Of a DNA stretch of 64,000 nt, positions 46,211 to 55,328 are shown one piece after another. The notes below the pieces were generated by a model, which worked only from the letters and a program-made list of their open reading frames with translations, was not told the DNA's origin and did not search any database. Origin of the DNA: Paramoeba atlantica (taxonomy: Eukaryota > Protista > Discosea); assembly GCA_977017575.1 (NCBI GenBank), contig CDRNVI010000025.1, positions 163,229 to 227,228 on the forward strand. The letters are read 5' to 3'. Numbering within the stretch: the first letter of the stretch is position 1; every line of letters starts with the position of its first letter. Made by a program: the position numbers and the translations under genes.

Positions 46211-49200
46211 GAATCCTTCTGCAGCTCAGTTATCTGTTTATCGTGTTCTGCACTTAGCTTCTTTTTCAATAGCTTGCGCGCTGCCTCTCCTCGACTTTGC
46301 GGTTGTTTCACAGCTTTTTCGCTGCCTTTCTGATCTACCGGAGCGTTATTGGGTTTAAGGTGCTCATCAATAGATTTGCTGGCAGTTTCGAAGAAATGTT
46401 TTTGCTTCAGAGTCGAGGAAATTAAGCCTAGGCCACCGAGTTTCTGTGGTAGAGCGGCGAGTTTCAGGGCGTTTGCGTCTGCTCCACTCCACTTTTCTAG
46501 AACTTTGTTTACTTGGTTCTCGAAGGATTGTGCTAGTTGGAAAGTAGCGCCTGGCCGATGTACTCGTAGATGGTAATCGTGCCGTGGAATCGTACAACGG
46601 CGGAGAATGGCAAGAGACAAATTACTGGGACCCATAAGCAACAACCTGCGGAATAGGCACTTGTGTTTCTCCATTTTCTTGATCAGCAGATTTTCCACGA
46701 CTTGGTCTGTACCTACGTATGCGCCTAAGACTTTTATCGCATCACTGCAAAAGTTTACTCCAAGTTTTTCCAACGGAGGAGGCTGAGCTATGTTGGGAAT
46801 GTTCTTCTGAAACCAATCGCATTTCTGGCAATTAATTCGGAGGTTCATCTCTGCGGCGATCTCACGCAGGTAAAAGAAAGCTGCCTCCAATGCTTGCACG
46901 TTTTTGGAGCTCAAAGTCACATCGTCTTGGTATGCTCGGATCTTCACGTCAGGATAGAGGTGCATGAGTTCTCGTAGCGGGCCTTGCAAAAGTGCGCAGA
47001 AGTACATTGATGAAAGTGCCGATCCTTGGCGAATTCCTGAAGAGCTTTCGATGGTAGCAAACAGAGCATTGTGCGCAAAAAATAGCAGCTCAGAGGGAAT
47101 CCCATATTCTAGGTAGAATAGGCGCATGAAAGGCTTGAAAATGGGATTACCAAGGAGTGCCTCAGCAATGGCGTTGCGTTGTGGTGTATTATACGCGTTG
47201 CTAAAATCGACGGTGAGGAGAGCATGTCCTTCTTCGTATTCATTTAAAAGTTCGTGAACGATGGACTCACATGCGTTTTTTTGCAAAATGCCTCGTTGAA
47301 TTGGGGAGAAAAAATTTTGCAGAGCGTTTTCATGTCGTTGTAGAAGGATGGAACCGCAAATCTTCAGAATGGTATCCCCCATCGCAATAGGTCGAATTCC
47401 ATTTTGAGGTTTCGCTAGCGCGATGATTCTGCATCGGGTTAGACGTTTTCGCACATTCAGAGGAACTTCGCCGTTGATGACATCCCGAAGCATGTGGCAA
47501 AGTGAAAGACATGACTCTTCGTCGTCTACGAGCAGTCGCATCATGCTTTCACTCAGGCCGGTTGGTCCTGGTGAAGCGCCTCTGGATAATTTTTCGGTCG
47601 CTAGGCGAACCTCTGATTTCTCAACAACGCCAGTCCGTGGGAAGTCTGCTTCCGGGATTCGTATGGCGTCGCCTTCAGGATGAAGTTGTTGAAGCTTTCG
47701 CACTTTTTCTTCAGGAGTGAGAGCTGATTCCTTGTAGACATTGTCCAGGATCCGAGTTGCTTTGCCAAGGTTTCCTGCCCGCGCCGTCTGTAGGGCGTGC
47801 CTGATCGAACGCCTGTCAATTTCTAACTCCGCCCGTTGTTCCGCACTCAAGTTGCTAGCTTCCAAGTTTTCTCGGTCGTTGCGAACATGAGCTACTTTTT
47901 GGTTTCGTCGAATTGCTTGACGTACTGTCGCAAGTGAATCGCGAGGCGCATTCAAAAATTTGTGCCATATCGCCTCTTTTTCTGAGTCAAGCTCCGCCGC
48001 TGCATATCCCCGAATTATCGCACGGAAAATCGCCACAACATGAAACGCGAAAGATGGGTCTATTTGAGCCATAGGCGGGAGCGGATCAAGGTCACTCTGA
48101 CCGTCTTCGCATGAGATGTGCTCCGCTTGTTCCTCCAAATTTTGTGTCGGCATCTCGATTTTGAATAACTTAGTGGCTTGGAGGTTACAGATTCTGATTT
48201 TATTGGACGGTGGAAGATAAAGAAAACCGCATGGACCATCGTGACCTAGAGCCGGCTCGTATGAAATCTTGACTTTCACGGTTGATTTTCGCACGGTCCT
48301 GCCTACAACGATGCCGTTTGACTTGTAGTTTGTAGTGTTCTGTCGGAAGCCCCATTCGATCACACATTCTGTACCCCTGCCCCACTTGGAAACGATGTTG
48401 TACACTTGGTCGGGCGATTTGTTGCCGGCCTGTGTCATTAGCTCCTGTACTCGATCTTGCGTCGATCCATTGTCGTCCAGACACATTGTATCACTGGTCT
48501 CGCTTTCTGTTTCGGACATTTCTTTGGCTGGGTCCTCTTGGATATGGTTTTCGTCATGGGCTATGTTCTCGTGTGATTGACTCGTAGATCCGATGCGGAA
48601 GTTCTTGGCTTTGATTTTGATAACCGTATATATGCATTTGGGGATTTAATCCTTTTGTTTATACCTATTCATTTCAAAAGTGGTCTTAAGCATAATTTTA
48701 TCTTTGCAGAAATTTATCGCAGCATAATTTTATCTTTTCAGAATTTTTATCGCAGTAGAATTTCATCGCAACGAAATTTATCTCTGCAAAACTAGAAAAA
48801 GTTAGCATAAATAATGATCGCAGGCACCGCAGACCTGAATATCAAGAACACCATATGCAGTGTTGTATTTTGATTTTTGAGGTGACATGCATCACGCAAG
48901 AGACGTGCACTCCTCAGCAGGAAGAAGGAAACTTCCTGTCTCTTCAGTTTGTCGGAGCGTAAATGGGTTATCCCATTTTGATTAGATTCCGCGATGTGAT
49001 TTCACACGGAGGCTCATGGTCCGCCCAATTCGGGGCTAGTGTTTTGGAACCTATTATCTTGATCTTTGGAGTCTTCTTCACCTTCACTGGTGTCTCCGTG
49101 TGCGATCCTGATTCTTCTGCTACCTTTATTCCGTTCGTCTTGCTTTGATCTCGTTGAGTACGTTGTTTTTCAACTCTCCCGTGAGACTTCCCGTTGTTCA

Positions 49201-49273
49201 CTGTTGTTCTGCTGCCCTTTTTCCGCGTGTTTTCGGAATCTAAACGAGAAGACGTACGAGAAAGGCGTGTCAT
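46211..49273 (-). pseudogene. S-family element, 3'-truncated at ..QKDS and interrupted by a 353-bp insertion
   Basis: ORFs 48968..49273 and 46105..48519 rejoin in frame (RNLIKIKAKNFRI) once 48622-48982 is removed; YQDD present. Confidence 0.88.
48622..48974. mobile_element. 353-bp non-coding insertion with 8-bp TSD ATTTTGAT
   Basis: TSD at 48614-48621 and 48975-48982; host frame restored on removal. Confidence 0.8.
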
Positions 49274-49304
49274 AAGCGTAGAAAAATAGAAAATTAAAAT
49301 GAAT

Positions 49305-49320
49305 CAACAAGGTACAGAAA
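49305..49320 (-). other. Partial spliced leader (3' 16 nt)
   Basis: TTTCTGTACCTTGTTG, 31 nt upstream of ATG 49273. Confidence 0.75.
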
Positions 49321-49525
49321 GTTCCGCCTCCTCTCTCTCTTTCACCTTGTGAGAAGCGGCGTAGTGCTCCGCAAATGATCCTGCCGCCACCCCGTTAGCG
49401 TTGCGGACTAAGTCCGTGTATTTAGGTTGCTGAACGTGGGTGACAGCAAAATCAAGCACCAGACCTTGAGCTTTCTCATAGCCCGGAATAAAGACATCGC
49501 CCGGCCTCGTGGGACAGCCGCCAGG
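49321..49525 (-). pseudogene. Internal RLE fragment of a C-family element
   Basis: TRPGDVFIP..LDFAVTHVQQPKYTDLVR..GSFAEHY; bounded by an SL remnant and poly(T). Confidence 0.8.
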
Positions 49526-49841
49526 CTTTTTTTTTTTTTTTTTTTTGCGAGACGCTTGGAAAAAAAATAAGCGTTCCAGGAAATGAAACCACCAACTCCT
49601 CAATAATCTAACGTAAATTGAAGGTATTTTTTTTTTTTTTTTATTCTATTAGAATTTCCCTGAGTTGGTGATCTCAGGCTACTATTGAAAAGGGAATGTT
49701 ATGGTCTTTCGGTTTTATATAACAATATCTTCATATAGTCGAACGTGTACGAGCTGCCGTCATATGTTAAGAATTTGGGTTTTCTCAAATACCCGTAAAT
49801 TTAGATTACAAATTTTACTTTAAAGAGACTTTAAATATATC

Positions 49842-52800
49842 TTATAGGCGCAATTCACTCATCCACTTCTCTGCTGGAATGTAGTCTCGGAGCTGCGACA
49901 CTACCGTGTACGCTGACATTTTTTCGATTTCGAGCTGGAAAGCATTGCGCACGCTTTCATATTTAAGTTTCGCTCTTTGTGAGAGAGCCTTCAGCAACGC
50001 CTTAGTATCGTCATGTAGAAGGCCGCAATCTGTTGCAGCCAGACACTTAAACGAATCGCTATCGACACCCTTCTCAGTAACGTATTTCTTATATTTTCTG
50101 TCGGAGACCTGCTGCATAAGGGCAGAGCTGGTGTGTTTTGCGTAGCTTGAGCAGCACGTATGTACTATTGTGAAGTCGTAGAGTACCTCACCCATGTGAG
50201 GCCACATGATGGCCAGATCTGGACCTGAACGAATACGGCGTGCTTTGCAAGGATGTTGCGCGGCGACATCTGCTGAGATAGTGCACTTACATTTAGTGCA
50301 ATGATACGAGGAGTAGATGCGGGGTTCGATCACGCTAGGAAGGCCTGCTTTTGAGCACAACTCTGAGAGATACCGGACGATATGTGAATGTTTGCGTGTG
50401 GAGTTCATCCCGGAGCATCGGGAGCATCCAGCAACGTGGGGAATAATGGTGGAGGGTGATTCTTGATTAGAACAGCCGGGGCATGTTACTTTGGCCGGTG
50501 CCTTAGGCAAGCCAATTCCTAAGCGCATCATGAGCGTATATCGGAATAGGTATGGGTTAACGTAGTTGCTGGTGTTTTCGAGGTGGATATTAGCCTCTTT
50601 AGTGCGTTTTATGATGTTCGCTGCGGTGGAGTCTTTCTGTATTTCTGTCAATTGTTTTTCGTGAGCTTGACTCATGATCTTCTTAAGCGATTTGCGGGCC
50701 TTTTCTGCGCGGCTCTGAATTTTAGCTTTGCTCTTGTCATTGCCTTGCGAATCTACCGGAGCTTTATTGGGTTCCAAGTGCTCTTCAATAGATTCTCGGG
50801 CTGCTGCGAAGTAGTGCTGCTGTTTCAGAGTGCAAGAAGTCAGTCCTAATCCACCTAATTTTTGCGGGAGAGCTGCGAGCTTAAGTGCCTGGGCGTCCGC
50901 GCCGCACCATTTCTGCAAGACTTCGTGTACGTGGCTTTCAAAAGAATGTGCCAGACGCCGAGTGGCCTCCGGGCGGTGAACTCTCAGATGATAGTCTTGA
51001 CGTGGAATTGTACATCGGCGAAGAATCGCGAGAGAAAGGTTACTGGGGCCCATGAGAAGTAAACGGCGGAAAAGGCATTTATGCTTACTGAGTTTGCGCA
51101 GGAGAAGATCCTCTACCACATTATCTTTCCCGATATAGGCTCCCAGAATCTTGATCGAATCAGTGCAAAGCTTGACGCCTAGATTATGCAAAGAGAACGG
51201 TTCGTATGTGGTATTTTTCTGGAAAAATTCGCATTTCTGAAAGTTGACGCGTAGATTGAGCTCGCCTGTGATTTCACGTAAGTGCAGGAACGCAGCTTCA
51301 AGTGACGGTACGTTTGTAGAGCTGAGAGTCACATCGTCTTGATATGCTCGTATTTTGACGTCGGGGTATAAGCTTGCGATCTCGCGAATGGGACCGTGTA
51401 AAAGTGCACAGAAGTACATGGAGGATAATGATGAGCCTTGTCGAATTCCTGACGAACTTTCGATGGTCGCGAAAAGAGCGTTGTGTGCGAAAAACAAAAG
51501 TTCGGATGAGAGGCCGTATTCAAGGTAAAACAGTCGCATAAAAGGTTTGAACACAGGATTCTCTAGTAGTGCTTGTGTTATGGCGTCGCGTCGTGGAGTG
51601 TTGTATGCGTTCGTGAAATCTACCGTAATCAATGCGCATCCATCCTCGTATTCTTGTAGTAGCTCATGCACTATTGATTCACATGCGCTCTTGTGGAGAA
51701 CGCCCCGCTGCATAGGCGAAAAGTATTTTCGTAGTGCACATTCATGTCGCTCGAGTAAAATGGATCCGCAGATTTTTAGGATCGTCTCCCCCATGGCGAC
51801 TGGCCGTATACCGTTTTGTGGCTTCGGAAGAGCAATAATTCGGCAACGAGTGAGACGCTTCCGCACGCTTACAGGCACGTCGCCATTGATAACGTCGCGA
51901 ATCATATGGCATAATGAAAGGCATGCTTCTTCATCTTCAACAAGCAAACGCATCATGCTCTCACTAAGCCCGCTTGGTCCCGGAGATGCCCCTCGCGCAA
52001 GTTTTTCGACTGCAAGGCGGAGTTCTGATTTATCTACAACGCCGATCCGTGGAAAGTCAGCTTCCGGAATTTCAATACTAGGCCCCTCGGGATGCAAATC
52101 GCGAAGTTTCTGTAATTTTTCATGCGCTGTAAGATTGGAGACCTTGTAAACGTTGTCGAGAATTCGAGTGGCTTTCCCGATGTTTCCAGCTCGAGCGGTC
52201 GTTAAAGCATTCTTGATCGAGCGACGGTCGACGCCAAGTTCTTCCCTTTGTTCTATGCTGAGTGTTTCGTTTTCCGATGGATCCGCTTGTTTGTTTATGT
52301 GTCCGACTCGTTGATTTTGCCGAGAAAGTTGACGAATAGTAGCGAGCGAGTCTCTTGGTGCGTTCAAAAATTTATGCCAGATAGCTGTTTTCTCAGAGTC
52401 AAGTTCTACCGATGGATACCCACGAAGTATGGCTCGGAAGATGGCGACTACATGGATTGAAAAAGATGAATCAATGGGTACCATCGTGGGCAGCGGCTCG
52501 AGATCACTTTGACCATTTTCATCGCTAGACACGTTGTCGGCGTGTTCTTCTAAATTCCGCGTAATTGTTTCGACTTTGATCAGTTTCGTGGCTCGTATCG
52601 AACAGATTCTGATCCTGTTTGTGTGTGGAAGATAAAGAAAGCCACTGGGACCTTTGCTGCCTTGAGCTGGATTGTAAGAGATTTTGACTTTGACCATTCC
52701 TTTTCGTGAGGTCCTACCTACGACGATGCCTTTCGACGTGTAATTCACCGTGTCTTGTCGGAAGCCCCACTCGATAACACATTCCGTGCCTTTGCCCCAC

Positions 52801-53381
52801 TTTGCTACCATGTTGTGCACATGATCCGGTGCTTTGGAAAGAGCACTTCTGTTTGCCAGATCTGCTATGACCTCGTTATCGCTGTCAAGAGACATATCTT
52901 CGCTCTCGTCTTCGTAATGTTCCTCTTCCGAGTCAATATCCGGTGTTGTCTCTTGTTGTGGTTCTTGACGTGGCTGTTCGTCGAAAGATGTCAATCGAAA
53001 GGTCTTAGGCGTGATTTTGATTTTGATTTTGTCGCTGTGCGCACTGTTCTGTTCGCCGTGATCAGCCCAGTCTTTTGGCAGAGGTGTAGATCCGACGATT
53101 CGAATTCTTGGGGTTTTCTTTGGTTTGGACATTTCATGCGTAATTCGGCCATCTCCTGTGGTGAGATCGGGTAAGTCTGACGCCGTGTGATTTCCGGAGC
53201 GTTCCTTCATTCCCTCTTTCCGCGAAACTTGTAGAATCTTGATTATTGAGCCGTCTGAGGAAACCGTTGTTGTGCTCTTCTTTTCTTTGCCACGCTTTCC
53301 TTTTTCACGTGATTTCTCTGTTGTACGACTTGTCTTCAGGTCTGAATTTTTGCTCACGACTGAGCGGGAAGGGCGTGTCAT
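49842..53381 (-). CDS. S-family RT-RLE polyprotein (1179 aa from MTRPSR), apparently intact, SL to poly(A)
   Basis: All RT motifs (YQDD), CCHC, GPDLAIMW..YDFT; poly(T) at 49627-49642; SL remnant upstream. Confidence 0.92.
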   Translation of the reverse strand: MTRPSRSVVSKNSDLKTSRTTEKSREKGKRGKEKKSTTTVSSDGSIIKILQVSRKEGMKERSGNHTASDLPDLTTGDGRITHEMSKPKKTPRIRIVGSTPLPKDWADHGEQNSAHSDKIKIKITPKTFRLTSFDEQPRQEPQQETTPDIDSEEEHYEDESEDMSLDSDNEVIADLANRSALSKAPDHVHNMVAKWGKGTECVIEWGFRQDTVNYTSKGIVVGRTSRKGMVKVKISYNPAQGSKGPSGFLYLPHTNRIRICSIRATKLIKVETITRNLEEHADNVSSDENGQSDLEPLPTMVPIDSSFSIHVVAIFRAILRGYPSVELDSEKTAIWHKFLNAPRDSLATIRQLSRQNQRVGHINKQADPSENETLSIEQREELGVDRRSIKNALTTARAGNIGKATRILDNVYKVSNLTAHEKLQKLRDLHPEGPSIEIPEADFPRIGVVDKSELRLAVEKLARGASPGPSGLSESMMRLLVEDEEACLSLCHMIRDVINGDVPVSVRKRLTRCRIIALPKPQNGIRPVAMGETILKICGSILLERHECALRKYFSPMQRGVLHKSACESIVHELLQEYEDGCALITVDFTNAYNTPRRDAITQALLENPVFKPFMRLFYLEYGLSSELLFFAHNALFATIESSSGIRQGSSLSSMYFCALLHGPIREIASLYPDVKIRAYQDDVTLSSTNVPSLEAAFLHLREITGELNLRVNFQKCEFFQKNTTYEPFSLHNLGVKLCTDSIKILGAYIGKDNVVEDLLLRKLSKHKCLFRRLLLMGPSNLSLAILRRCTIPRQDYHLRVHRPEATRRLAHSFESHVHEVLQKWCGADAQALKLAALPQKLGGLGLTSCTLKQQHYFAAARESIEEHLEPNKAPVDSQGNDKSKAKIQSRAEKARKSLKKIMSQAHEKQLTEIQKDSTAANIIKRTKEANIHLENTSNYVNPYLFRYTLMMRLGIGLPKAPAKVTCPGCSNQESPSTIIPHVAGCSRCSGMNSTRKHSHIVRYLSELCSKAGLPSVIEPRIYSSYHCTKCKCTISADVAAQHPCKARRIRSGPDLAIMWPHMGEVLYDFTIVHTCCSSYAKHTSSALMQQVSDRKYKKYVTEKGVDSDSFKCLAATDCGLLHDDTKALLKALSQRAKLKYESVRNAFQLEIEKMSAYTVVSQLRDYIPAEKWMSELRL

Positions 53382-53408
53382 AACGATTGAGATAATAAGA
53401 AAATAAAT

Positions 53409-53426
53409 CAACAAGGTACAGAAACT
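53409..53426 (-). other. Partial spliced leader (3' 18 nt)
   Basis: AGTTTCTGTACCTTGTTG, 27 nt upstream of ATG 53381. Confidence 0.78.
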
Positions 53427-53454
53427 ACCACGGATTCTCACTGCATATTCCATC

Positions 53455-53640
53455 AAAAAGCGCAAATATCGTCCCCATGGCTTTGGCTCAGGTACTTTCT
53501 GAGCTGGCCTAGGAGAATGTTTCCATTCATCTCCTGCAAGAGAAGTATGAAATCGTTTTCCACCTTGCTGGGCTCAATAGAAATCTTTTCCGCCAGAAGC
53601 CGTAGCAGCTCCCGAGTTCGGGCGTGCAACGAGCCACCAT
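53455..53640 (-). pseudogene. C-terminal fragment of another S-family ORF
   Basis: Hand translation GGSLHARTRELLRLLAEK..FILLLQEMNG..LRKYL..DICAF*. Confidence 0.75.
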
Positions 53641-54232
53641 TGGGATTGCCTGCATTGGTTAAATCAGACTTCTCTTCTTCTCTCTCATATTAAAAACCAT
53701 ATTCCTTTTCCTGCATATTGGAAGAAAGAAACGGACGCATGTGAGCATGCGTTGTTGTTCCGTTTAGTTCCTGGAGATGCAGAATAAAATGTTGAATCAC
53801 ATCTTCTCTAGGCATTTGGCAACGGTCCGCGAGCGCGTATAGTAGATTGCGTGTGTTTTTATGAAGTGCCCCTCCGGCGAGCATCGGTATGCATTCGAAT
53901 TGTCCTGGTTCGATCAAACCTGATGCGACATAGGTGTTTTGCTTGCGGGAGATCGCGTCACGCATGAGTTGGGGGGCCTTTTTGTCTTGATGCGATGGGG
54001 CCAATTCATGAACCACGGTGAGGTCATAGAATTTTTCCCCAGAAGCCCAGTAGACAACAAGGTCTGGCCCTGTGCGATGCATGCGTCCCGTAGTACACCT
54101 CTTCATGTGCTCATTTTTAAGACGTTCGGCGACTGTTTCGGAGCACTTCATACACTTGTAAGATGTGAACTGTCGTGGTTCGCGTTCAGCCGGCAATCCT
54201 GCTTTGAGGCAATCCTGCTTTCTCACACATAA
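53641..54232 (-). mobile_element. S-family RLE 3' fragment; near-identical copy at 58670-59075
   Basis: EPRQFTSYKC..GPDLVVYW..YDLTVVH; duplicated block visible directly. Confidence 0.85.
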
Positions 54233-54419
54233 TGAACAAGAATAAATAAAATGAAACCAATTCCTAAATCATGTAATATCTTTCTTCATAAAGCAATTCA
54301 AAGAATTCAACTGCTTTAGTATCCTCACCACCTATCCATGAAAAGAAATTAAGGTACCTGGCCATTTCAATCAAACTTACAGTATTTGAAACAAATCCAC
54401 AACAAACTCCTTTACTTAC

Positions 54420-54620
54420 GAACGGGCATCCCGTCCGCCAACTCCGCGAAGTGGTTGGGGGTTGGTGGGCGGGCGCAATAAAAAGGTTAGAGAAGGAGTG
54501 TCACTATACCAAACTAAATAAATGAAATCTCTAAACAATGAAAATATTTGAATGAAAGTGTGTGTTAGAATTTTTTTTTTTTTTTTTTTGAAAATTATAA
54601 CCCCCTTCCGGGGCATTTGA
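54420..54620. repeat. Solo A-type terminal repeat of a related YR element
   Basis: GTGGTTGGGGGTTGGTGGGCGGG matches the A unit at about 19564-19588; ends in CCCCTTCCGGGGCAT, an inverted variant of the terminal palindrome. Confidence 0.5.
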
Positions 54621-54699
54621 CCCGATATTAGCCTTTTTTTTTTTTTTTTTTCTTACTTACTTTCCTACTTACTTTACTTCGCCCTTATCAACTTCGCCC

Positions 54700-54890
54700 G
54701 CTTCTCTCCCTTATCTCCACCCCTCAAAGAAACCATCCGCGACTTTCCGACTTCACCCGCTTCTTTCCCTCACTTCCCCCCCCCCCGAGCATCCATCCGC
54801 GCCTTCCAAACTTTGCCCTCCTCTTTCCCTCACTTCCCCCCAGAAATCAATCCGCGCGTGCTCCACCCAAAGCCGCGTGCTCCACCTTAG
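54700..54890. repeat. About three degenerate pyrimidine-rich direct repeats (CCATCCGCG..CTTTCCCTCACTTCCCC)
   Basis: Visible directly; related to C-family 3'UTR sequence. Confidence 0.6.
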
Positions 54891-55328
54891 CCTTTTTTTT
54901 TTTTTTTTTTTTTTTGGGAGTGGTATACGAGTTGAAAATAAGCAATCAAATTAGCAAATCTTTTTGTTTCCACAGATGTACCTTTTGTTTTTTCTCTCAG
55001 CCCAAAACTAGCAATTTAATCTCCCCTAAGTATATACTACAAACAAGAAACAGTAAAAACTAAAACAAGCAATACAGACCCAATCCATTCGCGCGTTCCG
55101 GACCGGGTCTTTCGACCTCACCACGGCCTGACTTGTGAACCCTTCCCTTGTTATATGGGAGGGCGCAGGCGCGGGCCTGTGTCGACAGCGACACGGTCGC
55201 GAAACAGGATGCTGGTCGACGGGGAGGAGATTCACTACCCGTGTACTACCTCACTTGGGGTACCTAGCCCTCGCGGGCTAGGCGTGAGCATAGACTCTGT
55301 CGACCCGACCAGCATCCCGACCAGATGT

